Source: Tubulanus polymorphus (taxonomy: Eukaryota > Animalia > Nemertea). From it: a stretch of DNA of 64,000 nucleotides. Below are positions 1 to 10,184 of the stretch, piece after piece; position 1 is the first letter of the stretch, and each line of letters opens with the position of its first letter. The stretch is taken from assembly GCF_964204645.1 (NCBI RefSeq), contig NC_134032.1:4550175-4614174 (forward strand). Reading direction: 5' to 3'. The notes beneath the pieces are model-generated. The model did not search any database. It was not told the origin of the DNA and saw nothing but the letters and a program-made list of their open reading frames with translations. The translations under genes and the position numbers were made by a program.

Positions 1-133
1 GTTCAAGGGGGCAGGGGGCCTGCGCGCCATAGGGGGGGCGAGGCCGAGGGGAAAGCAAAGCGGGCACAAAAAAAAACACACGCACACTCTCTGAAGAAAA
101 GGAGAGAGAGGCAGGGCACAGGGGCGCCTTGGC

Positions 134-931
134 TTAGACGCAGCAGCAACGGCAGCGCTCGATGCATTTGTCGAGGGCGCTCCTGGCATTTAAGATAGAA
201 GTCTCGCCTTCGTAGGCGCCCATCAGTTCATTGCAAATGTCGGACCAGGCCACTGCGCAGACCTGAATGGGATTTAGATCGCATGCGCGCATTTTGGCGA
301 TCTCTTGGTCCGGCAAGCCGAGCAGGTGGGCGCGCACTGCCCTAATGGCGGTGTCCCAATAGTCTAGCTCCATAGAGACCTGCTTAGTCTCTTCGATGGT
401 CGAAGGGTCAGCCTCTGCTAATGTGCGCTTGATTCTGCGGGTGGCAATGATGGTGTCCATGATGCCGCGATGGGGCCCTTCGCAGCTGGGGGTCAGGTCA
501 TCGTCATCGCTGTTGTGGCACTCATAGTAGGTGGGGTCCCCTCTTATCAGCTCTTTTGAGCGGGTGCCCATCAGGTCGAATTCTGATGATGATATGTGCC
601 TAAGGGCGCAGAGGGCTTGCATTTTTTTTGTGGTGTCATTCCTTGGGTCTTCATAGGCTTGCATGTAGAACTTGATGTATGTAAAGGCAATCAGAGCGCG
701 GCCCAAGAGCTCTGCCCACATTCCTTCTAGGGGCAAATGCCTCCTGTCGTCTAGGTCGTCGAGGCATTTTAGCATATTTTTCATATATTGATCTATGTTT
801 TGGTTGATCAGGGAGCCTATACCATGGGCGCTGCCACAGAGGTCAAAGAGGCCCACAAATACATGAATCGAGACCATGGATACCTTAATGGTCAGGTCAA
901 TCTCGCTTTCCCATTTGCTTGCGACATTCAT
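134..931 (-). CDS. hypothetical protein (left variable region)
   Basis: ORF of ~265 aa from ATG 931 with an AT-rich upstream region and a downstream poly(T); no motif recognised. Confidence 0.7.
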   Translation of the reverse strand: MNVASKWESEIDLTIKVSMVSIHVFVGLFDLCGSAHGIGSLINQNIDQYMKNMLKCLDDLDDRRHLPLEGMWAELLGRALIAFTYIKFYMQAYEDPRNDTTKKMQALCALRHISSSEFDLMGTRSKELIRGDPTYYECHNSDDDDLTPSCEGPHRGIMDTIIATRRIKRTLAEADPSTIEETKQVSMELDYWDTAIRAVRAHLLGLPDQEIAKMRACDLNPIQVCAVAWSDICNELMGAYEGETSILNARSALDKCIERCRCCCV

Positions 932-1040
932 CTTTATTGTAAAAGTCAATACCTAAAATAATCACTGATTTGCGCTTTCTTGCGGCCCTTGCGAAAAAAA
1001 AAGCTCAGGGGGCTGAGTGACTAGTGTACAAGGCAGTGGG

Positions 1041-1751
1041 CTATGGGCCGCCCCACCGGGCAGGGCTGGGGGCCAAAAGAAGCGGCGATGCAGGGGGCGG
1101 CCATAGGCGGCTGACATCTGTGGGCAGGTGCGCCTCTGCCGCAGGGGGTTCTCTATATCTGATTTGGGCGAGGGCAAAGTGTGGGGGCACTGAAAGGGCA
1201 TGTGGAGATGGGCACATGAATATAGAGGGGCCCTGCGCGGCAGAGGAGCGAGCGCTAAGGCAGAGAGAGTCGCATAAGGAGCTAGTATCGGCATCAGAGG
1301 CATTATCATATAGAATGCAAAAGCCCTTCCAAGGAGGGCCCTCGTCTTCGGTGCGCGGGTGCAGCCTTTCGCCCAAGAGGCGCGACATCTGCTTGAGGGC
1401 CGATCGAGAGCGCGAGAGGTAGATGGCATTTGTAATAATTAGCAAAATGTGCATATCTGGATTAAAGGTGCTGAGAAATAGTTTTAGGGGTGTTGCTTTC
1501 ATGTCGATGAGGCATACATATTCATCTTTTAGGCCAAAGAGCATGGATATATTGTCTATCTCTGGGCGGTGTAGGACAGGGTCTTGACCATGCAGCAGCA
1601 CATGGATATGCGCCCTGTCTTTGCCATCTTTGTAGTCGGTGGCGATTTCGTGCCAGCGCTGCCAATAGTGGGTGAGCTGCGGGAGCCAGCAAAAGAGGCG
1701 AAGGTCTGAGCTGGGCTTGTGGCTAAATGCAAAACCATGATCGAAAGGCAT
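1041..1751 (-). CDS. paralog family A protein
   Basis: Shares AHIHVLLH/AHVQAHTH and PWKGFCI/PWQGWCI with 4942..5475. Confidence 0.7.
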   Translation of the reverse strand: MPFDHGFAFSHKPSSDLRLFCWLPQLTHYWQRWHEIATDYKDGKDRAHIHVLLHGQDPVLHRPEIDNISMLFGLKDEYVCLIDMKATPLKLFLSTFNPDMHILLIITNAIYLSRSRSALKQMSRLLGERLHPRTEDEGPPWKGFCILYDNASDADTSSLCDSLCLSARSSAAQGPSIFMCPSPHALSVPPHFALAQIRYREPPAAEAHLPTDVSRLWPPPASPLLLAPSPARWGGP

Positions 1752-1892
1752 GTCGAAATAATAAGGACTTAACTTCTACAAAGGAGGTAAAATGTGCATT
1801 GCACTGCGCCCGGCTAGCCTTTTTTGTCAGGGCCCCCCCCCCTTTTCTTTTTTGGGGCGAAAAAAAAAACACAACAGTAAGGGGAGGGCCCC

Positions 1893-2174
1893 CTAAACGT
1901 CGTGGAAGCCTTCTAAGAAGTCGTCTATGCTCTTTAAGATCCTATGTGGATCGTCTGCGAAGATTTGGGGGGTGAGATGAGGATCGATCTGTTGGCGAAT
2001 GTACGTGCCGATTGGGCCATCTGAGAAGGGGTGCTCCTTTATCTGCGCGAAGGTGCGCTGAATCAGAAAGAAATATAAAGAGGCGGTTCGTGGCCAGTCA
2101 GGGTCTTGGAGGTGCTGCATGGAAAAGGAGTCCATGCATGCTAGGAGGTTCATATAGCCCTGATAGTGTGCCAT
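1893..2174 (-). CDS. small hypothetical protein
   Basis: 93-aa ORF with TAAATG start context, followed by poly(T). Confidence 0.55.
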   Translation of the reverse strand: MAHYQGYMNLLACMDSFSMQHLQDPDWPRTASLYFFLIQRTFAQIKEHPFSDGPIGTYIRQQIDPHLTPQIFADDPHRILKSIDDFLEGFHDV

Positions 2175-2195
2175 TTATTCATAGGAGATCAGGTC

Positions 2196-2885
2196 TTAAG
2201 CTATGGATACTTCCATTGTATTGCCATTGCCGAGTTGCACGCATTGGCAGTCGTGAAGTTGGACTCTTTGTATCTTGCCACCAAAATCTAAATCGACCTC
2301 GCCTGTGATTTTTTTCTTTGGTAGTGGAGAAGGGTCAAAAGGCTCTATAGTCTTAGAATCTGGGCAGGGAGCTTGTTTGTTGATGGGCTTTGGGTCGTTT
2401 GTGGCTGGCGCCCTTTGACCGAGTTTGCCCATCACTTGCTTCTGGAAGCACTGAAGGGGCTTTACATACTGAACCTTGCTGGGATGAGCACGGAAGGGGA
2501 GTTTGGTTTTTTGGATCTTCTGTGGGGGCTTTTCAGTGAAGTCATTGTCGGAGTCTGAAGAGCTGTCTACCGAAACGGCAGGCCCAAACGGGGGCGGGCT
2601 CCTGCTTATAGTTTCTTGTACGGGTATGGACAGAGGGGCTTCGTCTTTTCTCGGGGGCGGTTGGAGGGCTGGGATAGCGGTCTTTGAGCGTGGGGGGCTC
2701 TTCGACAGATTATTCAAGGGCATTGGGCGGCCTTGGTATCCAATGAAATTTATGTTATTGGTTTGCCTATTATCGGATAAGGGCGGCGCTCGGCCTTCGG
2801 CGCCCACGACTTTCACAAGAGGCAAGATATTCCATTTGGCAGCCATCGTCAAGATATACAATCTGGTTTCTATACAGAGATGCAT
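2196..2885 (-). CDS. RHIM-containing protein, putative necroptosis/innate signalling modulator
   Basis: Pro/Lys-rich disordered body; C-terminal VQLHDCQCVQLGNGNTMEV matches the RHIM consensus (I/V)Q(I/L/V)GxxNx(M/L). Confidence 0.75.
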   Translation of the reverse strand: MHLCIETRLYILTMAAKWNILPLVKVVGAEGRAPPLSDNRQTNNINFIGYQGRPMPLNNLSKSPPRSKTAIPALQPPPRKDEAPLSIPVQETISRSPPPFGPAVSVDSSSDSDNDFTEKPPQKIQKTKLPFRAHPSKVQYVKPLQCFQKQVMGKLGQRAPATNDPKPINKQAPCPDSKTIEPFDPSPLPKKKITGEVDLDFGGKIQRVQLHDCQCVQLGNGNTMEVSIA

Positions 2886-2967
2886 AAAAATTCAATCAAC
2901 GCCATCGATCGGTGTCCTCCCTAATCGATAAAAAAAAAGAAAGGGGATAGAAAATTCTTGTGTTGAT

Positions 2968-3693
2968 TTAGGCAGCGATGGCAGGACGGTGCGGAATTCG
3001 TAGCTCGTGCAAATACCTCAGCAGATCATTTATGATTTGCGCCTCTCTTAGCCACAGGACAGCCCTGTCTGTAGTGGCAAACCACATCCAGAAATCTTCA
3101 AATTTGTGATGGCATCCTTGCATCAGGCTCCACTCGCAGCCCTCTAGATCTGTGACCATTCCTTCCATGTCTCTGTATGGATACATCTGCTGATAGGTTT
3201 GGATCCATGCTGAGTAGGGCCTAATGTAATTTGGGATTTTGAAGACTTTTCGAGCTTTCATGAGTTTAATGGGCCACTTTCTCAGGGAGTTCTGCTTGAG
3301 GAGTCTTAGGCGCCGGGTAAATTCACTGCGCCTTAGGGGGTATCCAATCAGTCTCCAGCATCTGTATTGAATTGAGAGGTGTTCCCAATGCAATCCGGCG
3401 ATAAATACTGTCAGGAGGTCCTGATACGTTTTTTCTCGGGCCCCTCTTGGGTAGTAGGGATTTTGTAGGCGCCTAAAGTGTTTCTGGCACCATGTCTTTA
3501 TCTCAGACCCATCCGAGATTAATGAATGAAGTTTAATGCTCAGGTCTATTTCTTTTTCTATGCTGAGCGCTCTTAAGGGCATGCACTCGCAGAGGTCTTC
3601 TAATTTCTGTATGAAATTCTTTAGGATATTTGCTATGTCGGCATTATGAACTAAAGGCATTTGAAATTCCTTTAGAGATGTCTTTGCCTCCAT
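2968..3693 (-). CDS. paralog family B protein
   Basis: LQNPYYPR..YQDLLT..IPNYIRPYSAW..YP..WLREAQI aligns with 4066..4802. Confidence 0.75.
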   Translation of the reverse strand: MEAKTSLKEFQMPLVHNADIANILKNFIQKLEDLCECMPLRALSIEKEIDLSIKLHSLISDGSEIKTWCQKHFRRLQNPYYPRGAREKTYQDLLTVFIAGLHWEHLSIQYRCWRLIGYPLRRSEFTRRLRLLKQNSLRKWPIKLMKARKVFKIPNYIRPYSAWIQTYQQMYPYRDMEGMVTDLEGCEWSLMQGCHHKFEDFWMWFATTDRAVLWLREAQIINDLLRYLHELRIPHRPAIAA

Positions 3694-3925
3694 TTGGGCA
3701 GGGATCTTGCTTTTTGGCTATATTAAGCGTCGGCAGAGTGGGGTCAGTCTTCTTGCTTTTTAGGGGCCTTGCCGTCGGAGTCTGGCCATTGCCTTTTGAT
3801 AAGCGGTTTAAGAGCGCTGCGTGACCCTCTTGGCGGATGACGAGAAGGTTGTTATTCTGCACCTCGGCTGCAAAGGCTGGCGCGCGCCTCTCAGGATCTG
3901 AGATTGGGATATTCGCCCCAAACAT
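3644..3925 (-). CDS. short paralog of the RHIM protein, lacking the RHIM
   Basis: ERRAPA..NNNLL..LLNRLSK..KQDPCP versus EGRAPP..NNINF..PLNNLSK..KQAPCP. Confidence 0.55.
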   Translation of the reverse strand: MFGANIPISDPERRAPAFAAEVQNNNLLVIRQEGHAALLNRLSKGNGQTPTARPLKSKKTDPTLPTLNIAKKQDPCPNGGKDISKGISNAFSS

Positions 3926-4065
3926 AAATTCGATAAGATGCAAAGTACGTAAAATCTTTTTTACATGCAGGGGCTCTAAAACCTAAATAGGATCTTGATC
4001 TATGGCGCCTATTTGATGGTGTCTAAAAAAAAGAAGAAGAAGAAGAAAAGGCCCCTGCGCCCTCT

Positions 4066-4802
4066 TCATGCAGGCCCGATATAGTGAGTGGACAGGGAGA
4101 TCCTATGCAATTCTTTTAAGAGCTCATTTAGGATTTGAGCTTCTGCGAGCCATTGAATCGCATTGCCAGTATAGGGAAACTGCGTGGGAGCGTGATTACA
4201 CTGCCTTTTGCATTCTATCATTAGATTGTCCTCGCAGATTTCTTGCTCTAAAATTACCCATGTGAGTTCTTTGAAGGGGTAGATACTTTGATACTGCCGA
4301 AGCCATTCCTCGTGGGGCTCGGCGTATCGTGGAATGATTAAGGATTTTTCGCTTTTGCTCTCTTCGCTGGCGTCCATGGGTTGGGGGATCCAGTCCTTCT
4401 CGCAGGCTTCTTTCATCCCGTTCAGGGCCTCAGAGAAAATCTTGCGACGGAATCTGCAACCATATCTTTGCCAGCTGATGTAATGATAATACATGCGCCT
4501 CATGCGCGCTGCAATGGATAGTAGTGTCAGGAGCTCTTTATACACCTTTGCTCTGCGGTCCCTTGGATATGACGGAGATTGCAGCTCCTGAAAGGTACTT
4601 TTGATCCGTTCCAATACCTTAAATCCATATTGGATTAGCACATATATGTTTTTTTAGTACTCTCGTCAGTTTGCGGCGCCGTTGTCGGCAGGGTACTGCA
4701 GAGGGTTTCTGTTTTCTGGACGATGGTCTGGATCACAGTTGTTAGGGTGACATCAGGCATTAAAGGATCTGACTCGGCCTCTCGAAAGTGAGCTTCCTCC
4801 AT
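4066..4802 (-). pseudogene. paralog family B protein, frameshifted at an A7 run
   Basis: MEEAHFRE..VQKTETLC (from 4802) matches the paralog N-terminus in a different frame from 4066..4641; one extra A at 4649-4655 joins them. Confidence 0.65.
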
Positions 4803-4941
4803 CTGTATTCACGGCTGGCTTGCGCACCACTATTTTATATATACAAGGAGCCCTGCCTAAAAGATCAATCTAAAGCAAAGGGCGCAGGGAGGGGCAATAG
4901 GCGCAAAAAAATAAACAAAAGAACGCAAGAGGGAGTGGCGC

Positions 4942-5475
4942 CTAGCATGGCTCAAGGGGGTCAGGCTCTGTTTGCATTTCGCGGGCCGCTGCGCTACAAG
5001 ACTCTGGCAGGCATCCACAAATGGTTTTGTTGGCGCCCCTTCGCGTGATTTTATAATATTTAAAGCGCTCATGAAAGATCTTGGGCAAAATCCAGATAGC
5101 GGGGAAAATAGAAATGATGATGCACCATCCCTGCCAGGGCTGATTGACTATAGGGTGCGCAGAGGGGGGCAGTGTGTCGCTATAAGGGAGCGCTTGCAGC
5201 AAGGCATCAGCCACAGCATTGCTATAGATCGTCGACGCGTGCGCCTTTGAGACTTTAGTCATGAGCAGCACGTCATTCAGGAGCGGATGGAAGTCATTTG
5301 AATAAGGGTGGGTGTGGGCCTGCACATGCGCGATATCGCCAATGCTGTCTTTTAAGGCTGCGAGGGCCTCTTGCGTTTCGGAGATGGCCATATCGGGAAA
5401 AGAAGTCTGAATGTAAAGGTGCTCTTTAGAAGTGCGGGCGGTGTCCATCACAAGAGTATAGCAGGCTCTCTCCAT
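4942..5475 (-). CDS. paralog family A protein
   Basis: Similar to 1041..1751. Confidence 0.65.
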   Translation of the reverse strand: MERACYTLVMDTARTSKEHLYIQTSFPDMAISETQEALAALKDSIGDIAHVQAHTHPYSNDFHPLLNDVLLMTKVSKAHASTIYSNAVADALLQALPYSDTLPPSAHPIVNQPWQGWCIIISIFPAIWILPKIFHERFKYYKITRRGANKTICGCLPESCSAAAREMQTEPDPLEPC

Positions 5476-5664
5476 GATTGGGGCTAGTCCGGGCTCCTGC
5501 TATAATGCGAGGAAAATATAAAATAAGCGCTGGCAAGCGGCAGGCAGCGCAGATGTCTATGCTCTTTTTTTTTCGGGCGCCTAGGTTCAAGGCCCTCTCT
5601 AAAAAAAAAATCATGTGGCGAGAGGGCGCCTGCGAAATGCAAAGGATTGGAAAGAAGGCAGCGA

Positions 5665-6396
5665 CTAACAGGTTAGAAATGTTTTCTCAGGGGCGCCTGC
5701 AGGGGCCATGGCATCTTCTTTTGGGGCGTTGGGGGAACTAGATGCGACCCACTGCTCTAGGCGGAGATTGGTGGCAGTGTGGTCGTCCAGGGCCTGCTGA
5801 TCTTTTTTCATGCGCGAAACGAGTTCTTCATACGCTGAGTCAGTCTGTGATGGGGCCAGACTCTCAGAGCTAGGATAGAAATTGCCTAGTGTAAATTTGC
5901 GGGGCATTTCGGGATGCTTTAAGACGCACACATTATCGTATAAGCCGGGATAGCGCTCTTGTAGTTGAAGGCAGATGTTGGAAATGATAGTGGCCTGCCC
6001 GCGATTGTAAACTTGGCCGATCTCTGTCACCTCCAAGGGCACTTCCAATTCTTCGATAACGGGCAGAACGCTATGAGAAAATTGGTCAGCAGCGATATAG
6101 TCCTCGAGCTCGGACACGTAGCCTCTCAGATCTTGGGTGGCTAGAGTCATGACTCTCTTGGGATGAGTGACCATGATATCTGTCAGCAGGACTATCTTTT
6201 GGGCGGTTTTATTCATTTGGGTGCGGACGGCCAGCGAGTGGCGGGCGAGCTCTCTATGGATGGACTCGCATTCATTTTTGCTATTGGTGTTGGTTAGGAT
6301 GTTGTGTTTGATCTGAAGAATTAATCCTATGATATCTGCGCGGATGCGCTCGGGGGCGTCCATACCGGTCTCAAGAAAATTGGAGGGGCTAAGCAT
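5665..6396 (-). CDS. hypothetical protein
   Basis: Long helical ORF flanked by poly(T) tracts. Confidence 0.65.
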   Translation of the reverse strand: MLSPSNFLETGMDAPERIRADIIGLILQIKHNILTNTNSKNECESIHRELARHSLAVRTQMNKTAQKIVLLTDIMVTHPKRVMTLATQDLRGYVSELEDYIAADQFSHSVLPVIEELEVPLEVTEIGQVYNRGQATIISNICLQLQERYPGLYDNVCVLKHPEMPRKFTLGNFYPSSESLAPSQTDSAYEELVSRMKKDQQALDDHTATNLRLEQWVASSSPNAPKEDAMAPAGAPEKTFLTC

Positions 6397-6469
6397 CGGG
6401 CGTTTGTGAAATAATCTACATGGCAAAGAAACTAAAAAAAAATATTAATAAAATGGCGCGCTAGCCTGC

Positions 6470-6829
6470 TTAATGTGTGTGGACCCAGACCTTGATGATA
6501 GTGAGCCAGACCCGGGCCGTATTTACGAGGTCTTTGCATTCCTGCTTATGTTCTTTGTCCGAGAGCGCATCTGAAAGCTCAGGGGCAGGGGGCTCGCTCA
6601 ACTTCACATAGGCAGTGCCTATCTTCAAAATCTCTGATAAAAAGCCTTGGTACTCTGGGGGCGTCTCCTCATAAATACCTCGGCAGATGTCTATTAAATC
6701 TGGGGGCAGCGGCGAAGACTTGACCACTGCCTTTAGCAATGTGCGGAAGGGCTCCAGTTTTTCTTTGCTCTCCTCGGCCGTCATTGTCCCCTCTAACATA
6801 ATAAAAAAAGGTAAGCGCGCGATCCGCAC
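6470..6829 (-). CDS. hypothetical protein (start uncertain, probably 6799 or 6784)
   Basis: ORF in the co-oriented array. Confidence 0.55.
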   Translation of the reverse strand: MRIARLPFFIMLEGTMTAEESKEKLEPFRTLLKAVVKSSPLPPDLIDICRGIYEETPPEYQGFLSEILKIGTAYVKLSEPPAPELSDALSDKEHKQECKDLVNTARVWLTIIKVWVHTH

Positions 6830-6948
6830 GCAAATCAGGGTGACTAGTATCGATGACTCAGCGTATTATACAGGGCCCCTGCTTATAAAGAGCAGGCCCA
6901 AAAGCCTCTTTGTCATCGTTGAGAGCGACCAAAAAGAGTCTTAATGCG

Positions 6949-7497
6949 CTAAATAGAGCGGGTCTCGCGCGTATAGTCGGGGGAGGGTTCTAAGGGCGGT
7001 TCTGCGCAATAGGGGCAGTAGCATTCGTCGTCGCCCCATTCCAACTCGCATTCGGCAAAGCTAAGGGTCTCTTCGGCCTGGCGGTGGAAATCAGAGAGGG
7101 AGCGCACGATGTTCAATAGGGGCATGGTGGTGCAAGCCTGAATTAGCATGTTGTACATAATGGTTAGCTGAATAGAGTGGATACTGCTGGCTAGTTGAAG
7201 GAAGCCCGACTCAGACGGCAGCTGCTTGGCAAATGCGATGTCGGGCGAGGTACAATAGTAAAACGCGGGTATAACATCATCCCAACGATAGTAAGAATGC
7301 TCAGGAAACAGCAAAGTGGTCTCATGGGATGGCTGAAAAAGGGGGTACCCGTCAGGCATTATGACATCCAGGACTTCTTCGGACATTTGGGAGCGATAGA
7401 TACAGCATGAGATGGCAGCTTCTGTGGCAAGCATCACACGGCGCATAGCTTCCCTGAAGTCATAGCGCGTCTGCAGATTTTTGTGCGATTGGTCCAT
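6949..7497 (-). CDS. hypothetical protein with C-terminal CxCxxC
   Basis: ORF containing ECYCPYC. Confidence 0.6.
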   Translation of the reverse strand: MDQSHKNLQTRYDFREAMRRVMLATEAAISCCIYRSQMSEEVLDVIMPDGYPLFQPSHETTLLFPEHSYYRWDDVIPAFYYCTSPDIAFAKQLPSESGFLQLASSIHSIQLTIMYNMLIQACTTMPLLNIVRSLSDFHRQAEETLSFAECELEWGDDECYCPYCAEPPLEPSPDYTRETRSI

Positions 7498-7700
7498 GAT
7501 CAAGAGAGGAGGTGCCTGAAATATTATGAGAGGCGCTAATTAACCCATAGTAAGGGCATTTGCTAAAAATCAAAATAATTTTTATAAAAGGGGCAATCGG
7601 CGCCCAAAGGCTCATGTCCTAGGGACTGCCTAAGGCCATGATTCAGTGGAGGGCATGGTGCCATCTTACAAAAAAAAAAATAAGCAGCGCTTTTTTATAT

Positions 7701-8369
7701 TTAGACAGATTCAGGGATGATGTGGAAATATGCATAGTTGCGGCGGCGCAAGACGAGCTCGGCCTTCTTGCGGATCACTTGAAGATGTTTTTGAATGAGC
7801 AGAAAATGGGCTTGAAAGTGTTCATGAGTCAGGGGGTTTTGTACAGAGATGTCCATCCAAGCTTTCATCAGTGTAATCCAATGATCCGACAGGCTCCCGA
7901 GGCCGAGATCGATTAGTAATGGCATGATCTGCTGAGTGAGATTCAAAGAAGATCGTAAGTGCCCCATCATAGGATTATAAGAGATGGCGTCTGCTTCTAA
8001 TATGACCTTTCCTTCTAATTGCGCGAGGGCTAAGCGCATCAGATGAAAAGGATGTGGAGCATCCAGGCATGCGTGGCATTGGTTTTGGATTGTGTCCACA
8101 AGTAAGTTCAGGTAGTCATGCGTTGGGCCGCCGTAGGACGCAGCGCTGCGAAAAATTGCCTTTTCTGGATCCATGAGTAAAATGGAAGGGTCATGCGGCG
8201 GGCAAAACTCAATGTGGGCCATTGCCTCTCCTATTTCTAGATCGACTATTAGATCAGGCACCATAGAAGGCAAGTCACTCACAATGGCGGCGCAGTCCAT
8301 AGGGCCGAGATTTGCCAAATCGCCAAGCATGTGGGCTGCCAGATACGGCCGTAATTCTGATTGAGACAT
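7701..8369 (-). CDS. hypothetical protein
   Basis: ORF from AAAATG (MSQSEL), with poly(T) downstream. Confidence 0.65.
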   Translation of the reverse strand: MSQSELRPYLAAHMLGDLANLGPMDCAAIVSDLPSMVPDLIVDLEIGEAMAHIEFCPPHDPSILLMDPEKAIFRSAASYGGPTHDYLNLLVDTIQNQCHACLDAPHPFHLMRLALAQLEGKVILEADAISYNPMMGHLRSSLNLTQQIMPLLIDLGLGSLSDHWITLMKAWMDISVQNPLTHEHFQAHFLLIQKHLQVIRKKAELVLRRRNYAYFHIIPESV

Positions 8370-8727
8370 TTTTAGTTCTCTAACAGCACGACACCACTGC
8401 AAGGGATTCTTAAGATTTGCATGAAACGCACTCAAAAGGAGGAGGCAAGGGCAGGGCCGAAAACGAGGTCAAAAGCCCCCTGCCCCTTTTGGTTGCTTTT
8501 TTTTTAGAACTGTTCTCGGCGCAGGGATGGGATAATAGCCGCGATGTCTTGTCTTTTGGGGCTAACCGCTGCCTAGGCGTTAGATCGGCCTTGGTGAAAT
8601 GTGTGCGCGCGCACGCGTAAAAAAAAATACATTTGGCAAAAAACCCTAATACTCTTCTTTGTATAATCTTTGCGAATAGGCAGGCGCAAAATGGAGGGGG
8701 GGGCACTGTGCGCTCGAGAGGACTTCT

Positions 8728-9180
8728 TTAGCAATTGGCTTGGGCCATGTCGTCGTAAAAACGCACAATATGGTCCATTCCGGGCGTGATAATCAGGTGG
8801 CGAGGTGGGTTTTTCATGGCAATGACCTTTGGAAGTTGGTGCAGCGAGAACAGAATTTGGGGCAGGCATTGGCGCACCATCTGGTGAGTACCTTCGTGGC
8901 CGATCATTTGGGGTATGGCTTTAAAGAGGCTGTGGAAATCCTGATAAAGATCGCCGCTCCAGCTCTGATCTAGGGTCGGGGCAGTGAGCAAAGTGCTCAA
9001 AGGCTCTAAGATGCGCGGGTATTCGTGCTCGATAAGATATGACATGAAGAGGCAGTCTCCGACTAACATTGGTGGCCTATCAGACATGACAAGCATCCGC
9101 GAAACATAGTTGCCCCACCTTTGTACGGCCGAGGCCATGGTATATTCAAGGTGGTCCAGCTCTTTGGTCGCGTCGTCCAT
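8728..9180 (-). CDS. hypothetical protein
   Basis: 150-aa ORF in the co-oriented array. Confidence 0.6.
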   Translation of the reverse strand: MDDATKELDHLEYTMASAVQRWGNYVSRMLVMSDRPPMLVGDCLFMSYLIEHEYPRILEPLSTLLTAPTLDQSWSGDLYQDFHSLFKAIPQMIGHEGTHQMVRQCLPQILFSLHQLPKVIAMKNPPRHLIITPGMDHIVRFYDDMAQANC

Positions 9181-9258
9181 AGTGGGTCAGTAAGTCAATA
9201 CTATAAAGGGCGGCGATAAAAAAAAAGAATCGTGTAGGGCAGGCAGGTGGGCAGTGCG

Positions 9259-10110
9259 CTATTGCGCCCGCTCCTGCTCTAAAGTGGCCATAGAAAGGCT
9301 ATCAGTTGGATAGGCCTGATAGATGAAGGCGCTGACGTTTTTTTCGATTCGCGCAGTCAATCCTGGGATTAAAGGGTGCAAGTGGCCTAGGCGCATGGCT
9401 GCGTGGACCTCGCGCACGTCGCGCATGATGGGCCCTTGTCGGATCGTGTAAGATAGTTTGTTGGCAGTGCGCATTATGAGATAGAGAAGGAAAATCAGGG
9501 AGCCTTCCTGCTCTTGGATCCAGTCTGTGAAGGAAGTGGGGCAGCTCCAGGCGGCATAGATGTTAAAAGTGGAGGAAGCAAAACATTTACGGCAGTTGGT
9601 CTCGATTGCGTATTTCCAGGCGGCTATGAGGTACCTCAGGCGCATTATATGGTACGAGATATGGACCGTATAAAATCGAGCTAGCTGCAGATGGTAAAGA
9701 GGAGACAGTTCCATCCTTTCCTCAGTGGACCCGGCGACAGAACTATACGCTAGCCGATAAAACTTGCAGAGCTCGTCGTTCAGCTTTGTAATGAGGCGCT
9801 CTATATCTAGATCGGATTGAGGATTTTGGCGCATTTGGCGAAAGTGGATAAAGGCCTGGCGGATTTGGGCGCTCTGCTCAAGGAGGTGGGGTTTGCCGCC
9901 TGCTTCTTTGTTTAAGAGGCGCAGGAGGATTTTCTCGTGGTCTATGGCAATGGCGTTTAGGGTCTGGGGAGTTGGGAGCGCGCCCTGGGCCTCGATGGGG
10001 AGGACCCACTTGGCATGGTCTTTGTCGTAGAACACGCAGTGCAGGTCATTGAGGAGCATGTTCCATGTGGATAAATTTGCACAGATCTGAGTCCAGATGC
10101 CATTCATCAT
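9259..10110 (-). CDS. hypothetical protein
   Basis: Long helical ORF, first ATG at 10110. Confidence 0.65.
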   Translation of the reverse strand: MMNGIWTQICANLSTWNMLLNDLHCVFYDKDHAKWVLPIEAQGALPTPQTLNAIAIDHEKILLRLLNKEAGGKPHLLEQSAQIRQAFIHFRQMRQNPQSDLDIERLITKLNDELCKFYRLAYSSVAGSTEERMELSPLYHLQLARFYTVHISYHIMRLRYLIAAWKYAIETNCRKCFASSTFNIYAAWSCPTSFTDWIQEQEGSLIFLLYLIMRTANKLSYTIRQGPIMRDVREVHAAMRLGHLHPLIPGLTARIEKNVSAFIYQAYPTDSLSMATLEQERAQ

Positions 10111-10184
10111 GCGTGGGTGGCTGACTATTATTCTCAAATTCTGTTCTCGCTTGGGGCCCAAATCTCAATCGATGAAAAAAAAAA

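Noticed and set aside
8728-9180. Bcl-2-like protein
   Set aside because: Size and helicity fit, but no BH1 NWGR-like motif is present
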